Source: Histomonas meleagridis 2922-C6/04-290x
Taxonomy: Eukaryota; Protista; Parabasalia
Length of the DNA: 64,000 nucleotides
Direction of reading: 5' to 3'
Assembly (NCBI GenBank): GCA_020184695.1
Contig: JAANOX010000087.1
Location: 62,001 to 126,000 of the forward strand
The notes below the pieces were generated by a model. That model was not told where the DNA came from and ran no database searches. It saw nothing but the letters and a program-made list of their open reading frames with translations. Made by a program: the position numbers and the translations under genes. This document shows, one piece after another, positions 1 through 11,312 of the stretch. The stretch's first letter is position 1; each line of letters begins with the position of its first letter.

Positions 1-277
1 GCGTATGTAGCGTGGGTCGTTTTTTAGTTCAGTGCTACGAGGATTTGGTTCCCCATCCATTAAATAATCTTGAAATATCTCTATTGGTGCACCTTCAAAT
101 GGTGGTTTTCCATAAAGGGAATACTCCTCTCTCAGTGTATCGCTTAAACTTAGATACTCGTATCTAATTTCACTAACGTTGACTTGATTGTTCATTTACA
201 TGTGAAATATTAACGTTTTATTTGAATTATTTGATTATTCAATTTTAAGTGGAGCATATTGACATTAATTCAACAAA

Positions 278-1068
278 ATGAGTACTGAAGTTAATAAAGA
301 AGAAGATGTTAAAAAAGCATTTGAATTATGCGCACAAGATAACTTAGAAGAATTCCAGCTTCTTGTTCCATCTAAAGTCACAGTTAACAGAAGGGTATTT
401 TTAATTTTTAATATCAGTATAAAAATATTAATTTTTTATTAATCTAAGACGCTTCTTATTGCATCCATTGAAAATAAATCTATCCAATGTCTTCATTATC
501 TTCTCGCAAATAATGTTAATGTCAATGCAAAAGATGTTAATTTTTATTTTTTAAAATCTCGATATAATACTTTTAGTTCCAATTCATTTTTTGGTGTTTA
601 TTTTTTCTTTTTCGTGTACCATTAATGATAGCCATTGCTAAAAAGAATTATCAAGCTGTATGTGCATTAATTAATATCGGTGCTGATTTAACAGCAGATG
701 ATATTTCGCAATATTTTTTGATGTTTCTTAACATTTTTATAATGGTATTTCTTTTTAATTGATTTTGGACACCATTGCATTATGCGGCACAATCAAGTGA
801 ACCGGAAATTATTAAAATGATTCTCGATTTTGGAGGTAATCCAAACGTTGCTGATTTTGAAGTTTAGTTTTTTGTATTTGGAGCAACGCCACTCCATATT
901 GCAGGCGATCAAGAAAACTCTGATTGCGTTTCGATTCTTGTTAAAGCAGGAGCTGACCCATCAATAAGAAATAACTTCGGCGTGAAGGCATCAGACGTGT
1001 GCATAAATAGAGGGCACGGAGCTGCTTTGGATCCAAATTATCCTGAAAATGTGGAACTGAAACCGTAA
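278..1068 (+). CDS. Small ankyrin-repeat protein (no DUF3447), loops interrupted by 17-19-nt spacers; missed by the ORF track
   Basis: ATG at 278 and TAA at 1066-1068. Coding pieces MSTEVNKEED..., KTLLIAS...VNAKD, VPLMIA...LTADD, WTPLHYAA...NVAD and ATPLHIA...ELKP* are ankyrin repeats. Removing spacers gives DKLGRVPL, DDNGWTPLH and DFEGATPLH. The first junction (395-445) is unresolved. Confidence 0.85.
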
Positions 1069-1784
1069 AAATTTAATAAACATGAAACAGATCAAAATGT
1101 GATTTTGCTTTGGCATTAATGATTCAGAAATAATATTAATGGAATAAAAATTTAGAATTCTTTAATATCATCAAAAGATTTGTTTTGTTTCGATAATTTT
1201 GTACTGCTTTATGAGATTATTTTTTCAATTCCTTCCAAAACATTTTTAAGTTATCAATTAGATTTTGGAAGAGAAAATACATTTAATGAAATTTCATTAA
1301 ATTTATTGAAAAAAACACAGAATGAATATAATAAAATTAAAATGAAATAATAATTATGTTTGTTTTGTTGTTTTCTTTTTTGTACAACATGTTTATCAAT
1401 TAAAATAATTTTGGCATAAATGATTCTTATAATCACTTTAAACGCTGTATTCAAGTTTTAATAATTCAAATCCCATTCAAGAGTTAAGTGTATGCACCTC
1501 AACTTCAAATTTAGCGCCGCTAATCATTTTTATATATGTTTTTGATATATTTGAAGTTATATGTTAGCTTTTTTTAAAGGGGATGTGAAATCTGTTTAAT
1601 ACAGAATAAAAGCAAAAAATTTGAATGATATTTTGTATCTGAAGCTCATATATTTTGCTCATTAATAATAATATAATAAAATATTTCATCAAAAATGAGA
1701 AATTTCAATAACAATTTACCTTAATTATCTTTGTATATGATATGAATCCAAAACATATAATCTATTTATTAACTTTTATTAAGA

Positions 1785-4700
1785 TCATTCATTAAATAGT
1801 TCTAATACATCATAAGTATTATTAGGTTCGATTGTATTTATTGAAGAAAATAAAGGATCAGAAATATCTTTAAAGAATTTAAAAATACATTTTCATCATT
1901 GATATTATTTATACCTTTTTGTTTATCAAGTAATTTAACAATTTCATTATATCCTTTTTCGGATGCATACATATATGCTGTGATAAATATTTTCAATATA
2001 TTCCTAATATTATTTCGAAACATATTATAAATGATATTAACTTTCAATCGGATAAAAGAATATTCTTATAATTAATATCAATTCCTTTTTGTTCAACAAG
2101 TAATTTTACAATTTCAATATAACCATTTTCAGATGCATATATAAGTGCTGTTCGAACTATTTTAAATAATTTCCATAAAACATTTTGAAATATAAAATAA
2201 GTAAAACAAGTTTTATAGAAAACGAACAAATAGTTTTAGAATTGATATCAATTTGCTTTTGTTCAAGAAGTAATTTAACTATTTCTATATGATTATTTTC
2301 AGTTGCATATATAAGTGCTGTATACAATATTTTGAATAATTTCCGAATATTATTTCGAAATATTAAATTTTCTAAATAAAATTCAAGTAAAACAAATGAT
2401 TATTTTGAGTGTTGACATTAATTTCTTCTTTTCCAAGTAATAATTTTACAATTTCAATGTAACCATTTTTCGATGCATACATAAGTGCCGTAAAAAATAG
2501 TTCGAATGATTTCCAAATGTTTTTATGAAATATGATATTTGAAAAAATAACATTTAATATAACAAATAAATAGTATTATCATTGACATTGATTCCATCTT
2601 TTTCAAGAAGCAATTTAACGACATCATTCATTCCATATTGCGATGCATAGATAAGTGCTGTTTTGAATATTTTAACCAAGTTCCAAATATCATTATGAAA
2701 TATTCTTTTTAAATAAAGTGAATAAATATTCTTAATATTAACATCGATTTTTTCATGTTCAAGAAGTAACTTGACAATTTCAATGTAACCATTTTTTGAA
2801 GCAACCATAAGCGATGTTATAAATCTTCTGAAGAGATTCCAAATTTTACTTTAAAATCCAAACTTATAAAATCAAATATTATATGAAAAATATAAACATT
2901 TTTTATATTAACATCAATTTTTTTATGTTTAAGTAATAACTCAACATATTTAACACGTTGTCTTTTAGATGCAACATATAGTGCAGACTTAATAAATATG
3001 AAAAAATTCCAAATATTATCAAAAAATTTTATGAATTTTTGCTAAACATTAAATAGTATAATTTTACAATTCTTTCATTAACATCAGTTTTTTCATGTTC
3101 AAGAAGTAATTTTGTGACCTCAATATGATCATTTAAAACAGATAATATAAGTGCTGTGAAAAAAGAGGATAAATTCCATAATAAATTTTAATAGATAAAA
3201 TCATAAAAATAAAATCTAAAGAAAATTATCAAACATTTTTGATATTGATTTCAATATTTTTTTGTTCAAGAAGCAATTTAACAATATCTGAATGACCACA
3301 ATCAGATGCAAAAATAAGAGCTGTTCTAAATAATTTGAATCAATTCCAAATAATATTTTAAAGCCCAAAATCAACTAAACCATCTAAAAATAAAACAAAT
3401 AAATATCCTTAGCATTAATATCAATTTCATTTTTATTAAGAACCTTTTGCATAATTTTACTATTACCTTCTCTCGATAAATACATAAGTAATGTATCAAA
3501 ACATATGAATAAATTCCACATAGAATTATGAAAAATAATTTATTTAAAACAAATATAAAAATTAAAAAATAAACACCTTTAATTTTTATATCAATTCCTT
3601 CTTGTTCAAGAAGTAATGCGACAATTTCAATACAATCGACTTCACAAGCATACGCAAGCGGTGTTTTAGTTATACTATTTTTATTAAAATTAATATCTAT
3701 TCCTTTTTGCTCAAGTATAAATTTGAAAAGTTCTACGTTTTTAGAATCAATAGCTGTGAATAAAACATGACTTTGAATTTGTCTACCAACAAGAAAATAT
3801 TTTGTGAGAAACAAATTGCCTTTTTGTATAGATAAATTAATTAATGAATCATTAATATCCAAATATTTTTCTAAATATGATAGAATTTCATAGTTATTAT
3901 ATAATATACATTCTTTTCCGAAATTTTCTAAATTATCAATTTTATTAATTTTATCTTCATATAAATATTTAAAGATATCATTTCGATGAAATTCAATTGC
4001 TGCTTTATATGCTTTATCAAATGATGAATTATTTTGTTCACATAAATGAATAATTTCTTCATTTCCACCTGCAACTGCATATTTACCTGTTTTACGTATA
4101 TTTGCACCATTTAATAATAAGAATTTAAAACATTTAATTGCAGAAAAAAATGCTGCATAATCAATTAATGAAACATTCCAATTGTTAATAAAATCACATC
4201 TTTCATAAAGTGATGGTTCAATTGTTTGATTAAAATCAAAATTTGTTTGTGATGATATTTCTTGAAGTTTTTCGATTTCATCATTTCGAATTATTTTCGC
4301 AATTTCATTTGGATTATGTCCTTCTTTAATATATTGTTTATGAAGTTCCCAATCATTCTTTGAAAGTTCTTCATAATTATCAAAGAACACTCGATCAAAA
4401 GAACCTGCATATATAAAATAGCCAGGTATTTTTTCTATATAAGGTAAATATTTCTTGAGTTGCTTTTTGGTTTTTAAATGAGCAAAATATATTGTGTCTA
4501 TATTTTTTACTACATCAGGACTAATTAATTTTTGTTCATATAACTTTTGTATGAGAAAATATGAAGATTGTTTAATGGAGTATTGTGTGAGTAAATTAAT
4601 TATTTTTAATGATTGATTTTTCATAATTTCATCTTCTTTTCCTTCAAGCCTTTTTATATATTCTAAATATACATCAAAGTTTATTACTGGTGAACAAAAT

Positions 4701-4879
4701 ACTAAAGATATTAATTGACAAATGATAAGATTAAATGAATATTCAAAGTCTGGATTGTAATAATCAAATGTTGATTTTATTGATGCTTCAATATTTTCTT
4801 TATTCAAGTTGAAAACAATTCGTTCTATTTGCAAAAGGTAATTTATTAGTAGCTTTTTGTCTGAGGATTCTTCATTCAT
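1785..4879 (-). CDS. DUF3447-type domain + ~11 ankyrin repeats; ten loops interrupted by spacer/codon blocks
   Basis: ORF 3371..4879 has the family motif NEIAKIIRNDEIEKLQ...LIDYAAFF...KYAVAGGNEEIIHLCEQ. Downstream ankyrin segments continue at ~170-nt spacing to a proposed TGA at 1785-1787. ORFs 2554..2808, 2044..2229 and 1838..2047 are fragments of this gene. Confidence 0.85.
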
Positions 4880-5099
4880 TTCTGTTAACGGATGAATTAT
4901 TTATATCAATTTTCAGAACAATAATACGATTGAATGCTTTGAATTTAACACCGTATGTCCACAAAATTCCGGATTTTTGAAAAGTGTTTATAAATATCGA
5001 CTTTTTAATAAAGCTTTATTAAATAAATGTTATTTGTCATATTTGCAATTCTGGAAGTGGTGCAAAATTAATTACAGCTTATCGTGATGCATTACCAAT

Positions 5100-5870
5100 G
5101 GTTATAAACTCGTTTTTCCCACCTATCCCACGAACGGTTAATATGGTTTGAGAAATAACATTAGCATTCCTTTTACACCTCAAACATATAAGAATTGTAG
5201 TGTTGCAAAAATCATCCGCATCATCCTTGAATCATTTGGTAATCTTAAACGTGAACATAAAGGTTGGAAGAACCGACTGCAATGGTAATCTTAAACATGA
5301 ACATAAAGGTTGGAAGAACCTGACTGCCAGTTTCCTATCATGATAGTTCCCTATCGTCATTTCTAAATGGGTTCTATATGAAATTATCAGTTATCCATCA
5401 TTTAAATTTGATTGGATCCAACAAATTAAAGCAGGTCTTCTAGATGCACTTAAAAAAGTTAATAACAATTTAGGCATTATATCACTTGTTCCTACTCTTG
5501 AAGAAGATATTCATTTTATCAAATCACTTTTTAGAAGAAAGCAATTTATGAACTTACAATGAAAGCATGTGAGCCAACATATTTTTTATAGTAATTTTAT
5601 ACTTGAGCTTTTTGATCTTTCACTTAATATTTAAAGAAACTATGATATATTATTATAATTCACTTAATTTATTACGAATATTTACTGCATCAAATCAACC
5701 AGATAAATATAGATATGGTTTTCAAGTAGCTCATGGAATTAATCTTCCAATCAAGCTTAATCTTGCACCAGATAATTATATGCTTTCAAACTTTATAATA
5801 TACTTTAAAGTTATGGGTTTGAAATGTTTTAGAACAAATGTTTGTATCAAACTTTATTTCTTGATGTAAA
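5100..5870 (+). pseudogene. Decayed coding relic of unknown family with a 46-nt-period tandem duplication
   Basis: Short open stretches (GLRNNISIPF..., WVLYEIISYPSFKFDWIQ..., ORF 5603..5869) broken by stops. Near-identical direct repeat at 5237-5280 and 5283-5327. Confidence 0.35.
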
Positions 5871-6677
5871 GGTACAATGCAGAATTACATATCTGGTAAT
5901 GCATAATATTCATTTTTATTTGAGTTTTGCAAGCATTCCACTAAACCCCCATTGCTAAAGGAAGTATTTAGAATTTAGTAGCTTTCAATAGCTGTTAAAT
6001 AAATTCAGGTGCTAATTTTTTTTTGGAAAATTGATACTTTGTCAATCAAAGGCTTTTATAGGGAGATCGCTTTATGTTCATTGAACATATTTTTCGATAA
6101 AGGCAACCATGGATTGTATTATTTTTCGTTACTCATATATATTTACCCATGATTGAAACAAATTTGTTTGAAACATTTGCCACACGATTTTTGGTGTAAT
6201 ATGACACAAATTGTCACACCCAACAATTTAGTCGGCTTGATTGAAAAAGTAGGTGAATTTCGATCGGAATTATGAACATCAGCCGATATTTGAAGTATAC
6301 TTCAATCAAAAAGTCATATTAACTGCGACGATGATTTCAAATTGAACCCAAAAGTAATCATCATCAAAAAAAAAAAATTCTTATATAAACTTTAATGAAC
6401 TTTTCTGGAGACAAAGCACATGTTTTGCATAGTTCAAAGACTTTTGCACAATGGAACAGGATCCTCATTCGGAGAGGAACAACGAATTAAATATTTTCTG
6501 GCACAAATTAAATACTCTCTGGCACAAATTTAAAAGGTTGTCAAAGGTGAATTTGAGGGTTAATTGATAAACCCAAACTCACAAAAGAAAAAGTTCGTGA
6601 AACATCAGAAAAAGTTTATCAAATATTGAAAAAAAAAACCATGAAGTGTTCAATATTGAACTTGGTTCTTTTTTTGT

Positions 6678-9587
6678 GTGAAGAAAATGGAAGCCATTAA
6701 ATCTGCTCCTACAGCATGGATTCTACCTATTATTTGCTCAATTCCCACTATTTATCTTATATGCTGCAAAGGTTTTTATGAAACCACTTCAAAATTAACA
6801 TACTTAGGGGCGCCATATAACTGGCTTCTTGTACTATTTAGACAAATTGCACAATTTGGGTTCCTTGGCGTTGCTCATTATTGGGTTGATAAAAAGATTT
6901 TTGATAGGTTCAAAATCTCCCATATATATCCAAACTGTTTATTTTATGGGATTTACTTTGAAATTTTTGGATTTACCTTATATGACTTTGATTACTCACG
7001 CATCAATATGCAGCAAACTCTCCCTTCTATTTTTACTGCGTATGTTGGACGCTTTGGTGGACAATCCAAATTATTTGTTCCACCCATCTACAACATTCCA
7101 AATGGTAAGACTAAGTCCGTTGAAGTGCACATTGTTTATCAATCCATTCTTGATTCTCCAGGTTTTTGGGCTTCAACCATTTCTATTATTCTTATTTGGT
7201 TTATTCTTCAAGGTTATTATCTCTATTTCAAAAGAGATGAAATTCTTTCATCCACAATTAAAGGACTTCTTACTAAATCCAAATCTCCAGGGAAAGAATA
7301 TTTTGATCATAAAACAAGCATTTTATCACGAACATTCAAAACCACCTTATTTAAAATATATCATATTCTTTTTGTTATATATATAATCCTTCTATTTGAA
7401 ACATTTTTCATTCCTTCAGACACAAAAACTTCCAAATTTTCAACAATTCCATATTTTGAAGGTGTTTTTTTAGCATTTTCACATTTTGAAAAACGATTAC
7501 CACGAAGCACACAAAAACAATTTCTTGAATTAGTTCGTTCTTATTTACCACCTGGTAGACGTTGGTTAGATAATCGACCAAATCCTATTTATCCAGCTGT
7601 TCATGGAGATATGCAAGCATTTTGTGCATATAATCCAAATGAAGCAGAATGTAAAAATTATCAACCACCAAAACAAAAACCATTAATTAAACAAATGCCA
7701 AATGTTTTAGTATTAATTTATGAAAGTTTAACACCATCATATTTATTAATATCAAAAGAATATATTCGAGAACATACCTCAATTAAAGATAATGATCCTA
7801 AACAATTAATTACAAATACATCATATTATAATCCGGAAATTATGCCAAATCTTCATAAATATCAAAAATATGGAATTACATTTAGTGGATTATCATCACA
7901 TGGAATTCCTACATCATCTGGATGGCATTCATTAATGACAAGTATTCCACCATCACAAACATATTTAAATATAATTGATGGAAGTTATATACATTCTGAT
8001 GATTTACCTAGTCAAATGCGTAATTATGGATATCGAAGTATTTCTTTAAGTTCTACTTTACCTGAATTTGATGGAGCACGAAATTGGGTATGGAGAAGAC
8101 CTGCAAAAGAAGAAGCAGAACAACGTTTAAGATGTAAAGAAGCATTTGGAGATTTAATTAATGATACTAAATTTAAAGAATTAATAGGAGAAAATAATTT
8201 TCCTAAACTTAAAACTTGTACAAAAGAAGAAGTGGAAAAATTAACAAAAAAAATGAAAAAAATTGGATTAGATTTTCCTAAATGGTATGATTATGTATTA
8301 GCTTATCTACCAAGAAAAGATAATGCTAAAGCTTTAGGAATTGATCCAAATACAATTCCAGAAAATACTACATGGTCAGCAGATCGATTTACATCACAAG
8401 AATTTATTATACATTGGAAACAAAATCGAGATTATTTAAATAGAACAGGTCAAAATAAACCAATTTTTGGAACTTATTTATCAATCGAATCACATCTTCC
8501 ATATTATGGTTATGATCAAGAACAATTTTATGAAGAAATAATTCCAATTACAAAAAATATGAATTCAGAACAAAAAAAAGAAGCACGATTTTTAAGAGTT
8601 AATAAATATGCAGATAAATATCAAATCGGTAAAGTATTAGATTGGTTAAAAGAAAATGATCCTAATACTATATTTATAATTACTGGTGATCATGGTACTA
8701 GAGATATTCCAATTCATGATTCAGATTCACCTATATTTGATAATATAGTTTTTAGTTCTGATTGTGTACATCATTCAAGTGGAATTGATTCTTTTTATGT
8801 AACTTCTGGAATGATCGGTTATTTAGGTGATGATCCTAAAATTAAAGAAATATTAAAATTAAATGAATTATCTGGTAAAACTATAAAAACTCCTACTGAT
8901 CATAATGATTTAATTTATACTATTGAAGATATTTTAAATAAATTAAATGGTACTAATATGCAACCGACTCATAGAAGAAATAGAAATTTAATTGATTATA
9001 GTTATAAAATTTTAAATGATTTAAAAGATAAATCAGTAAATGAAATTAGAAATGATATTGATAAAACTGGTTGGAATTCATTTTCTTTAACGACGTTTAA
9101 TGCTGAATTTAGAGATGGAACTTCTTTATTAAGAACTCATACTGGCGATGAAAACGGTGCTCATTTTTATCAACATGTAAGTTATCCAACTTGTTTAAGA
9201 AATAAATCCGTTCCTCCTATGAAATTAGGTACAGAAAAAGCAAAAGAAAAGTTTAAAAAAATGTTTAAACATATAAGTGTGGAAACTTATTTGACTTATA
9301 ATAATAGATTATATAATTACGATTTTAGAGATAACAAATGCATTGAAAAAGGTAAATGTGAATTTGGTCAGCCTTTGAAATTGAAGTTGAATGATGATTT
9401 CTTCATGGAAGTAATTACTGGAATTCCGATTATTATAATGCTGTTGTTTGGCGTAATTACAGAAGTAATTGGTTTTGCATTTTATACTTTTTATCATAAT
9501 AAACCAGATGAAATTGAATTGGACCCAAAGGAAAAAGGTAAGTTTGAAGAAGAAGAATCTTCAGATAGTCAAACATTGTCGGTTTGA
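6678..9587 (+). CDS. Membrane-anchored sulfatase/LTA-synthase (alkaline phosphatase superfamily)-like protein
   Basis: 969-aa ORF, likely ATG at 6687. Multiple N-terminal TM segments, VLVLIYESL and IITGDHG metal-binding motifs, and a C-terminal TM helix. Confidence 0.7.
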   Translation: MKKMEAIKSAPTAWILPIICSIPTIYLICCKGFYETTSKLTYLGAPYNWLLVLFRQIAQFGFLGVAHYWVDKKIFDRFKISHIYPNCLFYGIYFEIFGFTLYDFDYSRINMQQTLPSIFTAYVGRFGGQSKLFVPPIYNIPNGKTKSVEVHIVYQSILDSPGFWASTISIILIWFILQGYYLYFKRDEILSSTIKGLLTKSKSPGKEYFDHKTSILSRTFKTTLFKIYHILFVIYIILLFETFFIPSDTKTSKFSTIPYFEGVFLAFSHFEKRLPRSTQKQFLELVRSYLPPGRRWLDNRPNPIYPAVHGDMQAFCAYNPNEAECKNYQPPKQKPLIKQMPNVLVLIYESLTPSYLLISKEYIREHTSIKDNDPKQLITNTSYYNPEIMPNLHKYQKYGITFSGLSSHGIPTSSGWHSLMTSIPPSQTYLNIIDGSYIHSDDLPSQMRNYGYRSISLSSTLPEFDGARNWVWRRPAKEEAEQRLRCKEAFGDLINDTKFKELIGENNFPKLKTCTKEEVEKLTKKMKKIGLDFPKWYDYVLAYLPRKDNAKALGIDPNTIPENTTWSADRFTSQEFIIHWKQNRDYLNRTGQNKPIFGTYLSIESHLPYYGYDQEQFYEEIIPITKNMNSEQKKEARFLRVNKYADKYQIGKVLDWLKENDPNTIFIITGDHGTRDIPIHDSDSPIFDNIVFSSDCVHHSSGIDSFYVTSGMIGYLGDDPKIKEILKLNELSGKTIKTPTDHNDLIYTIEDILNKLNGTNMQPTHRRNRNLIDYSYKILNDLKDKSVNEIRNDIDKTGWNSFSLTTFNAEFRDGTSLLRTHTGDENGAHFYQHVSYPTCLRNKSVPPMKLGTEKAKEKFKKMFKHISVETYLTYNNRLYNYDFRDNKCIEKGKCEFGQPLKLKLNDDFFMEVITGIPIIIMLLFGVITEVIGFAFYTFYHNKPDEIELDPKEKGKFEEEESSDSQTLSV

Positions 9588-9761
9588 AATTAATTAAATA
9601 AAAAATTCTTTTCTATTAAATTTATTGTTTATTTCGTTGTTAATTTTATTCATGAAGATTAATGATAAGTAAACTGATGTTCAAAAATGGGGACTACTTT
9701 TGATCGTTTTTAACAGAAATACCATTCAAAAAGTTGGATTTGGTGTAACCTCATGAAATAG

Positions 9762-11081
9762 TCAAAAAGGCGGTGATATCGTTGAAATTGAGTAAAGTAT
9801 ACAATTCTGTGATAAGTGGTCGGATCTATCGTCTGAAATGACCCAAAACTTTAAATCAATAATAAATTGCGTGATCGACTTAGTATAACAAATATATGAT
9901 GATGAAGTGGAATAATCAGAAAATTCATCTTGTTGTAACATTTCTAAGTTAACAACCCATTCTTCATTTTGTACTGATGAGATAATGTCATTATAATATC
10001 GATCATACGTATATTCAATCATACGAATGAATTTCTCTGGTAAGGAATCATATAAAAATTGGGTGGAAATACCAATGGCTTCAAGTTCGTTCGTGGATTC
10101 GCTCATAATCTCAATGGACTCATTCAAAAACTGGAAATTGTGATAGAAAACCGTCGGATTCGAAATTGGCAAACTTCGTTCGATTCGAGTGATTGCCCAA
10201 TTAATAAGACGTGGAAGATATTTGGGCGGAAAGAGTTCTTGAAATAGTTCGGTATATAGCTTGATAAGATGACAAAGTGTGGATGATATAGATTTGACAT
10301 ATTGCAATAAATGGCCAGAATCTTGAAGAGTTGGTAACTGTTCTTTAATGGATTGAGATGAAAGTTTAAGAAACAAATCATTACTCTCAGGTTCGCATTG
10401 AAGTGAAATAAGCTTGCGAAACTCAGATTTGGATTCGTTGGAATGTAAATCAATTGACTTAAGTCGTGTTTCAATGTCTTGTTGGAGACGCTTGCGTGTC
10501 TTGAAAGCCCATTCTTAAATATCTTTGACCTGAGAAAGTTGCTCATGATTAAGACAATCAACAACAACTCGAATTGAATCATCAATTCGATGTTGTTGCA
10601 TGTAACAATCATATATTAATGGAGCGTTGATGAGCATTGGGTCCTTGCCAATGATTTCGCTTTGTTGTGTAGATGAATTTGTGGAACTTATTTCAGCAAA
10701 TACTGGATCAGGGAAATTTGCTGCATTATGGACAAGTTTTTTGAGTTCAGTGATTTTTTGTGGAAATTCAGTAAATTCACGTTCAAACATTGAAATACAT
10801 TGTGAAAGATTCACAAATAATGATGAATCTTTTTCAAGAATATTAACAATTCGTTCATTAATTATGTTTTGCCCTCTTTCGCAATCTAAAATTCATCTTT
10901 TAAATTCTTCAAGATCAACATTCGGATCATTGATAACATCATCTACATTAAAATCAGGAGATGAAAAGTTAAATTTACTAGTCATTCATAAGGGAAGTTC
11001 GTTGTTATTACGATGTTCAGTTATTGGCTTTAGAGGTGATCCTGGAAGTGGGCCTCTTGATCTTGATTTAGTAACTTTCAT
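9762..11081 (-). pseudogene. Vps51/Exo84-like tethering-complex subunit reading frame with three in-frame stops
   Basis: One continuous frame from ATG 11081 to 9762 (440 codons), broken only by TGA 10986-10988, TGA 10893-10895 and TAA 10515-10517. N-terminal FSSPDFNVDD...LFVNLSQCISMF resembles the Vps51/Exo84 N-terminal coiled coil (recognition by eye). Confidence 0.55.
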
Positions 11082-11312
11082 GAAAGTTTCTCTTTGCTTG
11101 AATAAACTAAACAAAATCAACGGTTTTTGAACGATACTATCGTTGATTGGGCAAACAGGAAATCCAAATTATATATTTTTTGTAAACCCAAAACATTGAT
11201 TTTTTATAAGGTGCTGCCAAATTTTGAAACAAAATTTTTAATGTCATTATGTGATATATCCTCTTTTTTAAGGAAAACACAGGAAGGTCAGCTGACCCCT
11301 TCAAGATTTTGA

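Noticed and set aside
1254-1454. Short AT-rich ORFs (also 14398, 27732, 35787, 36036, 45688)
   Set aside because: No motifs; composition typical of intergenic DNA.
9762-11081. Genome-wide stop-codon reassignment
   Set aside because: Long Trp/Gln/Glu-containing ORFs here have no internal stops, and TAA, TGA and TAG all terminate genes normally.
10627-11130. 167-aa plus-strand ORF
   Set aside because: Antisense shadow of the minus-strand tethering-factor frame.
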